Assembly: GCA_964525955.1 (NCBI GenBank) | Contig: CAZGKJ010000001.1 | Coordinates: 4,069 to 68,068, forward strand | Reading direction: 5' to 3' | Length of the DNA: 64,000 nt | From: an uncultured Candidatus Bathyarchaeia archaeon | Lineage (GTDB): Archaea > Thermoproteota > Bathyarchaeia > TCS64 > B23 | Part shown: positions 8,557 to 18,621 of the stretch, in pieces | Layout: every line of letters begins with the position of its first letter | Numbering within the stretch: position 1 is the stretch's first letter | Notes under the pieces: model-generated | Seen by the model: the letters and a program-made list of their open reading frames with translations, nothing else | The model's database searches: none | Told to the model about the DNA's origin: nothing | Made by a program: the position numbers and the translations under genes

Positions 8557-10327
8557 ATGGATTAGGGTGCTGGAGGCTGAGGAGCAGCCGAGACATCTGC
8601 CGGATAGGGTGCTGATAGCGCGGATGCTGAGATATCTCTGGAGTTATAGGGGGAGGATGCTCCTCCTCCTGGGGGCCGTCATCTCAAACACGGCGCTGAG
8701 CCTCATACCGCCTCTACTCCTCGCCTGGGCCATCGACCGATATATCGCAGCCCTCAACCCGAGGGGTCTCACCCTAATCGCCCTCGCCCTCATCGCATTA
8801 GCCCTCGCAAACTACCTATCCCGAATGGCTCAGGGATACCTCATCGGATGGCTGGGTGGGAAGCTCGAATACAACGTCCGAATAGACCTCCTCAGGAGGC
8901 TTCAGAGCCTCTCCCTCGCCTTCTACTCTGATAGGGAGGTTGGAAGCCTCGTCTCAAGGGTTATGAATGATGTCGACAGGATATCGGAGCTCATCACCTC
9001 CGGGGTGGCCAACGCCATCGCCGACGTCGTCACCCTCATCGGCATAGTGGCCATGATGCTCTCGCTTAATCTCCATCTATCGCTGATAACCTTCACGGTT
9101 ATCCCCCTAATCGTCGCCTTCATGCTCCTCTGGGGGCGCAGGGCCAGGGAGGCCTATAGGAGGACGAGGAGAACAATCGCCAGCGTCTCAGCCCTCATAG
9201 AGGAGAGCGTAAGCGGTGTCAGGGAGATAAAGGCCCACACCCATGAGGAGGAGACCAGACGCCGCTTCGACCTCGTCAACATATCGAATCTCGAGGCCAA
9301 CGTCGAGGCCGCGAGGGTTATGGCCGCCTTCTGGCCCATCATCAACGTCTTCGGCGCCCTTGGAAACTGCCTCGTCCTCCTATTCGGAGGAATGGCCGTC
9401 ATGAGGGGCACATTAACCATAGGCATCCTCTTCGCCTTCATGACCTACATCCAGAGATTCTTCCTCCCCATCAGGGATCTAAGCCTCCTCTGGAACAACG
9501 TTCAATCAGCCCTCGCAGCCGCTGAGAGGGTCTTCGACATCCTGGACTCGGAGATGGAGGTGGAGGAGAAGCCGGACGCCGTGGAGCTCCCACCGATCAA
9601 GGGCCTCATAACCTATGAGGATGTGACCTTCGGCTACGACCCCTCTAAACCCGTTTTGAGGGGTGTAAGCCTCACCATAAGGCCTGGCGAGAGGATCGCC
9701 ATCGTAGGCCCAACGGGGGCTGGTAAGACAACCCTCATCAACCTCCTATACCGATTCTATGATCCCCAGAGGGGGAGGATAACAATCGACGGCTACGACC
9801 TGAGGGATGTAACCCTGAGGTCTCTGAGGGGGCAGATGGCCCTCATCCCCCAGGAGCCGATCCTCTTCACCGGAACGGTGATGGAGAATATACGCTTCGG
9901 TAGGCCCGAAGCCTCCGATGAGGAGGTGGTGGAGGCCGCCAGGATGGTGGGCGCCCACAGCTTCATAGAGTCCCTCCCCGAAGGCTATGAGACCGAGGTG
10001 GGTGAGAGGGGTGTGAGGCTGAGCATGGGGGAGAGGCAGCTCCTCTCCCTGGCGAGGGCTGTGCTGGCTGATCCAAGGATCCTGATCCTCGATGAGGCTA
10101 TGTCCAGCGTCGACCCCTACACTGAGGCGGAGGTGAGGAGGGCTTTGAGGCGGATTCTAAGGGGTAGGACGGCCATCATCATTGCCCATAGATTGTCGAT
10201 GGCGAGGGATGCCGATAGGATAATTGTCTTGGATAATGGGCGAGTCGTCGAGGAGGGAACCCATGAGGAGTTGATGAGGCTTGGAGGCCATTATAGGAGG
10301 CTATATGAGAAGCAGTTAGCCCTCTGA
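8531..10327 (+). CDS. ABC exporter, fused permease/ATPase subunit 2 (heterodimer partner)
   Basis: A TM domain is followed by Walker A 'GPTGAGKTT', the signature 'LSMGERQLLSLARA' and Walker B 'ILDEAMS'. The start overlaps the upstream gene, indicating translational coupling. Confidence 0.85.
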   Translation: MSQMGMGHRWIRVLEAEEQPRHLPDRVLIARMLRYLWSYRGRMLLLLGAVISNTALSLIPPLLLAWAIDRYIAALNPRGLTLIALALIALALANYLSRMAQGYLIGWLGGKLEYNVRIDLLRRLQSLSLAFYSDREVGSLVSRVMNDVDRISELITSGVANAIADVVTLIGIVAMMLSLNLHLSLITFTVIPLIVAFMLLWGRRAREAYRRTRRTIASVSALIEESVSGVREIKAHTHEEETRRRFDLVNISNLEANVEAARVMAAFWPIINVFGALGNCLVLLFGGMAVMRGTLTIGILFAFMTYIQRFFLPIRDLSLLWNNVQSALAAAERVFDILDSEMEVEEKPDAVELPPIKGLITYEDVTFGYDPSKPVLRGVSLTIRPGERIAIVGPTGAGKTTLINLLYRFYDPQRGRITIDGYDLRDVTLRSLRGQMALIPQEPILFTGTVMENIRFGRPEASDEEVVEAARMVGAHSFIESLPEGYETEVGERGVRLSMGERQLLSLARAVLADPRILILDEAMSSVDPYTEAEVRRALRRILRGRTAIIIAHRLSMARDADRIIVLDNGRVVEEGTHEELMRLGGHYRRLYEKQLAL

Positions 10328-10645
10328 GGCGGATTTACGTCTGACGATCTCGAGGTATCTCTCATATCTGGGTTTGAGCATCAACCCCTTCTCCGTGATA
10401 TCGTAGTAGCGTCTCCTCTCCCCACCTGGATTGTCGACCTGTCTAACCATCTCGAGGGTGCAGAGCTCCTTCAGATGCCTATAGACGTTTCCGATGTCGT
10501 TGTCTTCGAGGTAGATGTGGAAGTATCTCTTGAGGTCCCTCCAGATTCCATAGCCGTATGAGGGGTCTCCCCTCTCCCGGTTGTGGTGGATGATGGCGAG
10601 TATCTTCATCTTCGTCGATCCCGTGGTCCCCCTCGGCTTCGTCAA
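10316..10645 (-). CDS. PadR-like winged-helix transcriptional regulator
   Basis: The pattern 'GDPSYGYGIWRDL...NVYRHLKELCTLEMVRQ...RRYYDITEKG' matches PadR. The gene is divergent from tfb across an AT-rich promoter region. Confidence 0.6.
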   Translation of the reverse strand: MTKPRGTTGSTKMKILAIIHHNRERGDPSYGYGIWRDLKRYFHIYLEDNDIGNVYRHLKELCTLEMVRQVDNPGGERRRYYDITEKGLMLKPRYERYLEIVRRKSASEG

Positions 10646-10725
10646 GGTGTCTCGGAAACGTTTATAAGAGCGGTGAATATATATAATTTACGAATAGATA
10701 AATTATCCATATACTCCGGCCCGAG

Positions 10726-11664
10726 GTGATGAAGATGAATGAGGAGAGGCTTAGATGCCCCCGCTGCGGGAGCTATGAGTTGATACTCGACCCGGAGGCG
10801 GGGGAGGAGGTCTGCAGTCGATGCGGCCTCGTCGTCAGGGAGGGGATAGTCGACCCAGGGCCGGAGTGGAGGGCCTTCACCGTCGAGGAGAGGGAGGCGA
10901 GGGCGAGGACGGGGCTTGGCTCTTCGTATACGATCTTCGATAAGGGGCTCTCAACCGCCTTCTATGAGGATAGGGATGCAAAGGGTAGGAGGCTCGACTT
11001 CGACACGAGGCTTATGATGAGTAAGCTAAGGCGCTACGACAATAGGTCTAAGATGGATGAGGCTTGGGGTAGGAACCTAAGCATAGCCATGGCCGAGCTG
11101 GATAGATTGGCTGCGAGGCTCCACATACCTGAGGGGGTGAAGGAGGAGGCAGCCCTCATCTATCGCAGGGCCTTGAAGCATGACCTCATCAGGGGCAGAA
11201 GCATCGACGCCTTCGTGGCCGCAAGCCTCTACGCCGCCTGCAGGCTTCAGCGCATACCGAGGTCTCTGAGGAGGATCGCTGAGGAGAGCACCAGGGACTA
11301 CTCCGAGATCGCCAGGACCTATAGGTTGTTGATCAGGGAGCTGAGGCTTAAGATGCCCATCGACGACCCGATGAAGTTTGTCCCAAGCATCGCCTCAAAG
11401 CTGAAGGTGAGGCGGGAGACGGAGCAGTATGCCATAGAGATACTGAGAAAGGCCAGGGAGCGCCATGGACTGGCGGGCAAGGATCCAAGGGGCCTCGCTG
11501 CCGCAGCCCTCTACCTCGCCTGCCTAGAGACCAACGATCGGAGGATCCAGAAGGAGGTGGCGGCGGCCGCCGGGACCACGGAGGTGACGTTGAGGAATCG
11601 GCTTAGGGGGCTGGAGGCCATCCTTGGGGACTCCCTCCCTAATAGGGGTTTAGCCAACCATTAA
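10726..11664 (+). CDS. tfb: Transcription initiation factor TFB (TFIIB homolog)
   Basis: An N-terminal Zn-ribbon 'CPRCGS...CSRCG' is followed by two cyclin-fold repeats, in a ~310-aa protein. Confidence 0.9.
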   Translation: MMKMNEERLRCPRCGSYELILDPEAGEEVCSRCGLVVREGIVDPGPEWRAFTVEEREARARTGLGSSYTIFDKGLSTAFYEDRDAKGRRLDFDTRLMMSKLRRYDNRSKMDEAWGRNLSIAMAELDRLAARLHIPEGVKEEAALIYRRALKHDLIRGRSIDAFVAASLYAACRLQRIPRSLRRIAEESTRDYSEIARTYRLLIRELRLKMPIDDPMKFVPSIASKLKVRRETEQYAIEILRKARERHGLAGKDPRGLAAAALYLACLETNDRRIQKEVAAAAGTTEVTLRNRLRGLEAILGDSLPNRGLANH

Positions 11665-11843
11665 TCCCTTATCAGCTTCCTGATCTCCCCCATGTAGGCC
11701 TGATACTCCCTCTTCCTACAGTCGGAGCATAGATACCTGATCCTCCTCGAGGGGGTGACTATCCGCCGTCTCTCTATGATCCTTACCTCCTCCTCGGTTA
11801 GCTCTCTACCGCAGACTGCGCATCTCTTGGGCATTCTCCTCAC
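11661..11843 (-). CDS. Small zinc-ribbon protein (CxxC...CxxC), hypothetical
   Basis: 60 aa with 'CAVCG...CSDCR'; no further assignment is possible. Confidence 0.35.
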   Translation of the reverse strand: MRRMPKRCAVCGRELTEEEVRIIERRRIVTPSRRIRYLCSDCRKREYQAYMGEIRKLIRD

Positions 11844-12000
11844 CGATAAAGATGGGTTAGCCCTCCTCGGAGGCCTCAGCCTTCAGGAGCTCCTTCAGGG
11901 CTCTCCGCTCCTTTATCTCCTCGTAGACTATGAAGGCTGGCATGAAGACCCATATGGCGACCATGATCCAGAATAGCACCATGTCGATGTCCAAGCCCTC

Positions 12001-13185
12001 TCACCTCCTCCAGAACTTCAGTGAGAATCTCCTCCTCTTCCCCGCGAGCCTCATCTTCGGCGCCGTCCTCCAGTCCACCTTCACCTTCTCCCTCACCAGC
12101 TTTGTGTAGTTGACGCCTGGGATGTATAGCAGCTTCTCGGGGATCAGGCCGTCCGGTCTGAAGATCATGACGACGATCAACAGCACTCCGAGGAGTATCT
12201 GCTCGAAGTAGCTGATGGGGAAGAAGAGTATCTTGTCGAAGAACCACTTGTAGACGATGATGACCCTCCGCATGGCGATGACGAGGGCGCAGCCGAGGAA
12301 GGTTCCAGCGTTGTTCCCCGGGCCTCCTAGGATGAGCATCAGCCATGACCAGTAGGTCCAGTAGGCACGCTGATACATGGCGTCGACGACGTAGGAGTAG
12401 TAGTAGGCCGTCATAACGCCTGGTATGGCTGTGATGGCTGAGGCGAACATGAGGATGTTCCTCCTTATGCCTACGACGTTCTTCCCAACGCTGCTGCAGG
12501 TCACCTCATTCTCCCTTATAGCCCTCATCAGCCTTCCATAGGGGGAGTTTAGCATGGTTCTGAAGATGAAGAAGCAGACGAGTCCTATAGCGAGGGTTAC
12601 GACGGCCGTGATGACCCCCCTATCACCGGGATACCAGGCGAAGACGTTGGGTATCCAGATTCCAAGGGTGCCGCCGCAGATGTAGGGTATGTTCCTGCCG
12701 AAGATCTGTGATGCATCGGCCATGGTGATGAGTGTGATCATCAGGTAGGTGGCCCTCAGCCTTATGGCTGGCACCGAGATCACCCATCCTATAATTGCTC
12801 CGAGAACCATAGCGACGGCTATGGAGAAGAGGAGCAGCGAAACTCCCACTAGGGGATGGTTCTTTAGGAAGTTGTTAACCGTGACGACATTCAACTGGCT
12901 GTTATAGAGCCAGTCGTAGGCTGTCTGGTAGGGGAGGAGCTTTACACCCGCCTTCTGGACCAGCCAGTAGGCCAATCGCAGCGTTATTCCGCTGACGGTG
13001 AAGCCTCCTACGATGACTTGGACGGCGCATCCGAAGTTTGGAATGCCAGCATTTCCATACTGGAAGTTGAGGGCCATGGCGACGATGACGAAGAGGCCGA
13101 AGTACATCGCTATGTCGACGATGAGCCTATTCATTCCGGTGATGGCGGCGACACCTGAGCCAATAACGGCCAACATCTCCATCAC
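12001..13185 (-). CDS. Branched-chain amino acid-type ABC transporter permease (LivM-like)
   Basis: A polytopic membrane protein of the LivM/BPD_transp_2 kind. It is operonic with a LivH-like gene, overlapping it by 4 nt. Confidence 0.75.
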   Translation of the reverse strand: MMEMLAVIGSGVAAITGMNRLIVDIAMYFGLFVIVAMALNFQYGNAGIPNFGCAVQVIVGGFTVSGITLRLAYWLVQKAGVKLLPYQTAYDWLYNSQLNVVTVNNFLKNHPLVGVSLLLFSIAVAMVLGAIIGWVISVPAIRLRATYLMITLITMADASQIFGRNIPYICGGTLGIWIPNVFAWYPGDRGVITAVVTLAIGLVCFFIFRTMLNSPYGRLMRAIRENEVTCSSVGKNVVGIRRNILMFASAITAIPGVMTAYYYSYVVDAMYQRAYWTYWSWLMLILGGPGNNAGTFLGCALVIAMRRVIIVYKWFFDKILFFPISYFEQILLGVLLIVVMIFRPDGLIPEKLLYIPGVNYTKLVREKVKVDWRTAPKMRLAGKRRRFSLKFWRR

Positions 13186-14138
13186 TCCACCTTAATCCCC
13201 AACCTCGATAATAACTCTATCCCCCTCTTACTCTTCGTCAGCCATTCATAGGCTCCCTGTAGGCCTCTGGGCTGGATCAACAGCACGGCGATGAGGAAGA
13301 ACATCGGTATCAATGGCCTATACTCGCCGACCCAGATGCCGAAGATGCCCTGAAGCCACTTCGTCAATAGGATCTCGGAGAGGCCAACGCCGAAGCCTCC
13401 GACTATGGCCCCATAGACGCTCTCCATCCCCCCGAGGAGGCTTCCAGCCATGATGGTGGTGATGATGAGGGCCCCCGAGCCGGGCGTGGCCTGGAACCAC
13501 ATGGGGTACATCGATCCAGCAAGGGCAGCCAACCCGCCGGTGAGGAACCAGGAGTAGAGCTGGGTCCTGTATACGTCGATGCCCAGCACCGAGGCCAGCT
13601 CGGGGTCCTCGGCTACGGCCCTCATGGAGACTCCCAGCCTCGTCTTCGTCAGGAAGGTGTGGAGGAGGATGACGGTGACGATGCAGATGGCGAGGGCGAC
13701 GTAGAAGATGCCCTGCATCCCCCAGAGCCTGAAGTCCCAATCCTTCAGCATGAACTGCATCGTATAGGTGCGATAGATGTCCCTGATCCAGAAGGCGTAG
13801 ATGTAGAGGGTGGCGGTGAGGAATATCTGGATGGCGAGGGTTGAGATGGTGAGGACGATGGCTCCACCCCCCATCTTACCGAGAACCCCGATGACCAGTA
13901 TGTAGACGATGACGCCTATGGCTCCGCCGACGAGGAAGGAGACGGGGAAGGAGAGGTAGGGGTTGAGGCCAAGAATCTTCGTCATGGTGTAGGTGACGTA
14001 GATGCCCCAACCCGCGTAGGTGCCGTGGGCGAAGTTAGGTATCTTGGCCGTCAGGTAGGTCAGCGTGAATCCGATGCTGAGGATGGTGATCTCGCAGGCG
14101 TAGACTATGGCCGCCATCCAGATGGCTGGGAGTATCAT
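13182..14138 (-). CDS. Branched-chain amino acid-type ABC transporter permease (LivH-like)
   Basis: A polytopic membrane protein that precedes the LivM-like gene. Confidence 0.75.
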   Translation of the reverse strand: MILPAIWMAAIVYACEITILSIGFTLTYLTAKIPNFAHGTYAGWGIYVTYTMTKILGLNPYLSFPVSFLVGGAIGVIVYILVIGVLGKMGGGAIVLTISTLAIQIFLTATLYIYAFWIRDIYRTYTMQFMLKDWDFRLWGMQGIFYVALAICIVTVILLHTFLTKTRLGVSMRAVAEDPELASVLGIDVYRTQLYSWFLTGGLAALAGSMYPMWFQATPGSGALIITTIMAGSLLGGMESVYGAIVGGFGVGLSEILLTKWLQGIFGIWVGEYRPLIPMFFLIAVLLIQPRGLQGAYEWLTKSKRGIELLSRLGIKVE

Positions 14139-14294
14139 ACCGCTTCTAAGAAACCCTCAAAGCCCTAAATAAATTTATTTATACCATTCCTCGAAATGTT
14201 AGCGTTAATCAATGTGTAAATAATGGGCCCTTCTAGAAAAAATTATAAAGTTTAATGATGCATATGAATTTGCGAAAAAAGAGGGGATTAGAGC
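14139..14294. promoter_or_regulatory. AT-rich divergent promoter region between the permease operon (-) and the binding-protein/ATPase operon (+)
   Basis: Contains 'AAATTTATTTATA' and 'AAAATTATAAAG' TATA-like elements; it is the only strongly AT-rich stretch locally. Confidence 0.5.
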
Positions 14295-15626
14295 ATGGAG
14301 CGAACTGCGATTGTTCTGGCCGTCGTCCTCCTCATCGTAGGCTTGGGGATCGGCGTAGGCGTCGGGAGATACACCGCTCCAGTGAAGGTGGAGAAGGAGG
14401 TCGTCGAGAAGACCGTCACCGTAGAGGTCAGGCCCCTAGAGGGGAAGACCATCAAATTCGGTGATATCGTGTCCGACACCCCATTGCTGGAGACTTATGA
14501 GCCCTTCCTGAAGGAGGTCGTCCTACGCGATATAAATGAGTATGCGAAGCTCCTTGGCTATGATGTCACCTTCGATGCCCTGTTGGACGACGCTCAGGCG
14601 CAGGCCGCCATCCACCTGGAGAAGGTTCAGAGCTTCAAGGCCATGGGAATCAACTTCCTCGTCTGTGGCCGTTGGTCATCGCAGGCTCAGGCCGCCCTCT
14701 CCTACGTCAACGAAAACGACATGATCATGTTCAGCCCCTCCTCCACCTCCCCGCTGCTCTCCATACCCGATGACAGGCTCTTCAGGATGTGCCCCGACGA
14801 CACGGTTCAGGCCCCAGCCATCGCTGAGATGCTGTGGAGCTGGGGCTGCAAGGCCTGCATCGTCATCCAGCGTGGAGATCCATGGGCCGACGGTATATAC
14901 AACATCTTTGAGAAGGAGTATCCCAAGAGGGGTGGTGTGATCCTCGCTAGGGTGAGGTATGCCGCCGAGGTGACGGAGTTCAGCAGCTACCTCGCCCAGA
15001 TGGAGGAGGTCGCAAAGGAGGCCGTCGAGGAGTATGGCGCCGAGCACGTCGGCATTCTACCCATCTCCTTCGCCGAGATCGCCACCATCGTCACCCAGGC
15101 CGAGGACTACCCGACCATCTACAACCTAATGTGGTTCGGAACCGACGGGACGGCATTCACCATACAGCTCGTTGACGACGCCCCCAGGCAAGCCGACAAG
15201 CTGAAGGTCCTCAGCACCCTGGCGGCCCCGGCGGAGTCTCCTAAGTGGGACTACCTCTTAGAAGAGTACTCTAAACTCGTAGGGAGGCCACCCGACTACT
15301 ATACCGCTTGTGCCTATGACATCTACCTGGCATATGTTCACATAATCCTGGAGGAGCAGACCATCGAGCCCAGTGAGATAGCTGATCACATCATACCCGG
15401 CTGCTATGACCTCTTCGGAACCAGCGGCTGGTGCAGGCTCAACGAGAACGGCGACAGGTATGCGAGTAACTATGACATCTGGGGCTGCGCCTTCATCGGG
15501 GACAAATGCCGCTTCGTCAGGTACGGTCTCTACGATGGCACCACGGGGAAGGTCACCTGGTTCAAGGTTGCCAGAACTCCTGAGGGTCTGGAGACTGAGG
15601 GGCTGACGCCGCCAGGCCACGGTTAA
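14295..15626 (+). CDS. ABC transporter substrate-binding protein (LivK/periplasmic binding protein type I), N-terminally membrane anchored
   Basis: An N-terminal hydrophobic anchor is followed by a large PBP-type domain. It sits in the genomic context of LivHMGF. Confidence 0.7.
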   Translation: MERTAIVLAVVLLIVGLGIGVGVGRYTAPVKVEKEVVEKTVTVEVRPLEGKTIKFGDIVSDTPLLETYEPFLKEVVLRDINEYAKLLGYDVTFDALLDDAQAQAAIHLEKVQSFKAMGINFLVCGRWSSQAQAALSYVNENDMIMFSPSSTSPLLSIPDDRLFRMCPDDTVQAPAIAEMLWSWGCKACIVIQRGDPWADGIYNIFEKEYPKRGGVILARVRYAAEVTEFSSYLAQMEEVAKEAVEEYGAEHVGILPISFAEIATIVTQAEDYPTIYNLMWFGTDGTAFTIQLVDDAPRQADKLKVLSTLAAPAESPKWDYLLEEYSKLVGRPPDYYTACAYDIYLAYVHIILEEQTIEPSEIADHIIPGCYDLFGTSGWCRLNENGDRYASNYDIWGCAFIGDKCRFVRYGLYDGTTGKVTWFKVARTPEGLETEGLTPPGHG

Positions 15627-15632
15627 ACCCAC

Positions 15633-15660
15633 TTTTTTGAGTTTTCCCCTTTATTGGAAT
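15633..15660 (+). terminator. Oligo-T stretch (CTTTTTTGAGTTTTCCCCTTTATT), a likely archaeal intrinsic terminator
   Basis: A T-run immediately after the binding-protein stop. A new TATA-like element (AAAATATTTAAGG) follows before the ATPase gene. Confidence 0.4.
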
Positions 15661-15713
15661 GGGTGAAAAATATTTAAGGTTCTAATTGGGGTTAGTATGG
15701 ATGGTCGAAGGGG

Positions 15714-16475
15714 ATGACTGAGGTTCTCAGGGTTGAGAATGTGAGGAAGTTCTTCGGCAAGTTCGCAGCCGTCGACGGCGTAAGCTTCACCCTCCATGAG
15801 GGGGGGATATACCTCCTCGTCGGCCCAAATGGATGTGGGAAGACGACGCTCGTCAACTGTATCTCAGGCTACTTCAAGCCTGAGGAGGGGCGAATCTACT
15901 ATAGGGGCGTCGACATCACCGATGAGCCGATGTACATCAGGGCCAGGAGGGGATTGGTGAGAACCTTCCAGATCGCATCCCCCTTCATGGCCCTCACAAC
16001 CCTGGAGAATATGCTCGTCGCCCTCCCAGACAACGCCGGTGAGAACATATTCCTCTCCCTCTTCAGACCTACGTGGGTCAACAGCGAGATCAGCGCCGTC
16101 AGGAGGGCCGCGGAGCTCCTGAGGGTTCTCGGCCTGATGCACGTCTGGAATAAGCCAGCTAAAACCCTCAGCGGAGGCGAGCTTAAGCTCCTGGAGATCG
16201 GGAGGGCCCTGATGAGCGGCGGTGAGACCATTCTCCTCGACGAGCCCGTAGGCAGCATCGACCCCAAGCTCTGCCACCAGATCTTCAGCCACATCATAAA
16301 GCTGAGGGATGAGCTCAACATCACCTTCCTCGTCATCGAGCACCGCCTCGAGGTCGCAGCTCAATACGCCGACTGGGTCTTCGCCATGGATAGGGGGAAG
16401 CTCGTCTGCCAGGGTCGAGCTGAGGAGGTCTTCGAGGATCCGAGGGTTATAACCTCATACCTTGGGGAGGAGTGA
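15714..16475 (+). CDS. ABC transporter ATP-binding protein (LivG-like)
   Basis: Walker A 'GPNGCGKTT', signature 'LSGGELKLLEIGRAL' and Walker B 'ILLDEP'. Confidence 0.85.
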   Translation: MTEVLRVENVRKFFGKFAAVDGVSFTLHEGGIYLLVGPNGCGKTTLVNCISGYFKPEEGRIYYRGVDITDEPMYIRARRGLVRTFQIASPFMALTTLENMLVALPDNAGENIFLSLFRPTWVNSEISAVRRAAELLRVLGLMHVWNKPAKTLSGGELKLLEIGRALMSGGETILLDEPVGSIDPKLCHQIFSHIIKLRDELNITFLVIEHRLEVAAQYADWVFAMDRGKLVCQGRAEEVFEDPRVITSYLGEE

Positions 16476-17229
16476 GAATATGGGAAACGTACTTGAGACG
16501 AGGGGTTTAAACGCCGGTTATGGGCCTATCCACGTCCTCTACGACCTCGACTTCGAGGCTCCGGATGAGGCTGTAACCGTCATCGTAGGCCCAAACGGGG
16601 TGGGTAAGACGACGCTGCTGAAGGCCATCATGGGGCTCGTCACCGTATATTCAGGCAAGATCTACTTCCAAGGCCGAGACATAACGAAGATGCCGCCCCA
16701 TGAGAGGACCCGGATCGGCATCGGATACATGCCCCAGGTTGGCAATATCTTCAGCAGATTGACGGTGTGGGAGAACCTGAAGATGGCCGCCTACACGGTG
16801 AGGGATCCAAGCAAGGTTGAGGAGAAGCTGGAGATGATCTTCACGTTGTTCCCGGTGCTGAAGGGCTTCCTACACCGTAAGGCTGGAACCCTCAGCGGAG
16901 GCGAGAGGCAGATGCTCGCTGAGAGCATGGTGCTCATCAGAGATCCGAAGGTGATGCTCGTCGACGAGCCGACGGCGGGATTGATGCCGAAGCTGGTGAC
17001 TGAGGTTATGAAGAAGTTCAAGGAGATGGCTGAGCTGACTGGGCTGCCCGTAATCCTCGTGGAGCAGAGGGCTCGTAGGGCTCTGCAGGTTGGAGACTAT
17101 GCATACATGATGAGGCATGGAAGATTCATCTTCAGGGGAACGGCTCAGGAGCTCCTGAACCATCCGCACCTGACGGAGATGTACCTCGGAGCCATAGAGG
17201 TCAGGGAGCTGAGGTACGTCAAGGAGTAA
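16462..17229 (+). CDS. ABC transporter ATP-binding protein (LivF-like)
   Basis: Walker A 'GPNGVGKTT', signature 'LSGGERQMLAE' and Walker B 'MLVDEP'. Confidence 0.85.
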   Translation: MGRSENMGNVLETRGLNAGYGPIHVLYDLDFEAPDEAVTVIVGPNGVGKTTLLKAIMGLVTVYSGKIYFQGRDITKMPPHERTRIGIGYMPQVGNIFSRLTVWENLKMAAYTVRDPSKVEEKLEMIFTLFPVLKGFLHRKAGTLSGGERQMLAESMVLIRDPKVMLVDEPTAGLMPKLVTEVMKKFKEMAELTGLPVILVEQRARRALQVGDYAYMMRHGRFIFRGTAQELLNHPHLTEMYLGAIEVRELRYVKE

Positions 17230-17234
17230 AGCCC

Positions 17235-17579
17235 CTAATATATCCCTGGTATAAGCCTCCACCTAACCCTCCTCATATATCTCCTATAGGCTTCCCCATA
17301 TCTCCTGAGGAGTTCTCTTTCCTCGCCCCTGATATGTATCGGTATGATGGCGAGGCTCATCAACAGCAGTATCAGGGTCTCGGGAATCGTGATCAGGAGG
17401 GTTAGGCCGACGACGAGGAGGAGGAAGGAGGCGTAGAAGGGGTGGCGGACATAGGCGTAGGGGCCATATGTGATGAGCTCCCCCCTGTAATGGTTTTTCC
17501 AGAATATCCACCATCGGAGGCAGAGGAGGGCGCCTAAGGCTGTGAGGATCGCCCCCATCAGCTGGATCAACGACTGCAT
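17235..17579 (-). CDS. Isoprenylcysteine carboxyl methyltransferase (ICMT)/phospholipid methyltransferase-family membrane protein
   Basis: A membrane protein with the 'YVRHPFY' (RHPxY) motif followed by 'EE..L...G..Y..Y'. Confidence 0.65.
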   Translation of the reverse strand: MQSLIQLMGAILTALGALLCLRWWIFWKNHYRGELITYGPYAYVRHPFYASFLLLVVGLTLLITIPETLILLLMSLAIIPIHIRGEERELLRRYGEAYRRYMRRVRWRLIPGIY

Positions 17580-17753
17580 CGATCAACTTATCCTCCACAT
17601 CTGTAAAATTAGTATGCCCGAGTAGGGCGGGGCAGGTCTACATGATGGACGTATGCCTGAGGTCTTCTCATCTGGGCATGGAACGACATCTACAAGTGTG
17701 ATGATCTGTTGCATCGATGGATTGAGACCTGTGATCTTCGGGGTTGAGAGGGT

Positions 17754-18620
17754 TTAGCTGGATATATGCTCCTCAACCAATCTCTGAAGCGTCTGAGCCC
17801 TCATCTCGGCGAGGGAGAGGAGTTCGCTGAGGGTCTCCGGCGTCGGGTAGGCCGCCTCCAGGGCGACCTTCCTCGCATCCAGGTAGGCCCTTGATAGGAT
17901 CAGTGGAAGCGTCTCAGCAGTCGGGTAGGCCGCCTCAACGGCCACTCGGAGGGCGTCGGAGTAGGCCTTCATCAACTCCTCTCTATAGGCCTCGACATCT
18001 ATCTGGAGCTCCTCCCTTGGGATGACCCTGCCATGGTCGTAGACGGCCTTGATCTCCAATCCCATCTCCGCAACCCTCATCCCAAGTCGGCTGAGAACCT
18101 CTGCGAGGTCTCTGGAGATGATGTCCCCAGGCTTTGCGACGACGGTGTCCCTGGCAACCCAGATGCTTCCACTCTCGATGCGGGTTCTCACCCCGAGGGA
18201 GGCGAGCTGGCTTAGGATCGGCCCTGGGGAGAGACCCGTGTTCCCGGCTGGTATGACTATCTCCTCGGAGGCTACGTCTCCGGGCTTTGCGAAGACCTTC
18301 ACCTTATTCCTGCTGAGGGTCATCGCCAATTCGAAGGGGTTTCCGTTGTAGAAGATGAAGATGTTCTGCCCCTTTATGGCGTTGAAGAACTCTTCGATGT
18401 TAGGCATCTCCAGCTTCTCCATCGCCCGCCTCATCAAGGTGTTCTTGATGACCCTGAAGATCATCCTCCCCCTCAGCTTCTTCCTCAGGTCTTGGAGCAT
18501 CCTGCTCCCTATCTTGTGGAGGTCGGCGGCGCCTATCACCTCATACTCCTTCAGAAGTCTAAGGGCCTCCTCAACGATTCGAGCCTTCCTCTCCCTCGCC
18601 CTCCTACTCATCGCTTCCAC
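17754..18620 (-). CDS. rplP0: Ribosomal protein P0 (uL10)
   Basis: The sequence is similar to uL10/P0 and sits in the conserved L11-L1-P0 order. Confidence 0.85.
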   Translation of the reverse strand: MEAMSRRARERKARIVEEALRLLKEYEVIGAADLHKIGSRMLQDLRKKLRGRMIFRVIKNTLMRRAMEKLEMPNIEEFFNAIKGQNIFIFYNGNPFELAMTLSRNKVKVFAKPGDVASEEIVIPAGNTGLSPGPILSQLASLGVRTRIESGSIWVARDTVVAKPGDIISRDLAEVLSRLGMRVAEMGLEIKAVYDHGRVIPREELQIDVEAYREELMKAYSDALRVAVEAAYPTAETLPLILSRAYLDARKVALEAAYPTPETLSELLSLAEMRAQTLQRLVEEHISS

Positions 18621-18621
18621 C

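Noticed and set aside
17580-17753. Possible C/D-box sRNA in the gap between P0 and the ICMT-like gene (GTGATGA at ~17697-17703, ATGATGG at ~17643, CTGA at ~17657)
   Set aside because: The boxes are not in the canonical C-D'-C'-D order or spacing on either strand, and there is no terminal CUGA with a pairing stem. The region is more simply read as the terminator (T-run on minus) plus the promoter of the ICMT-like gene.
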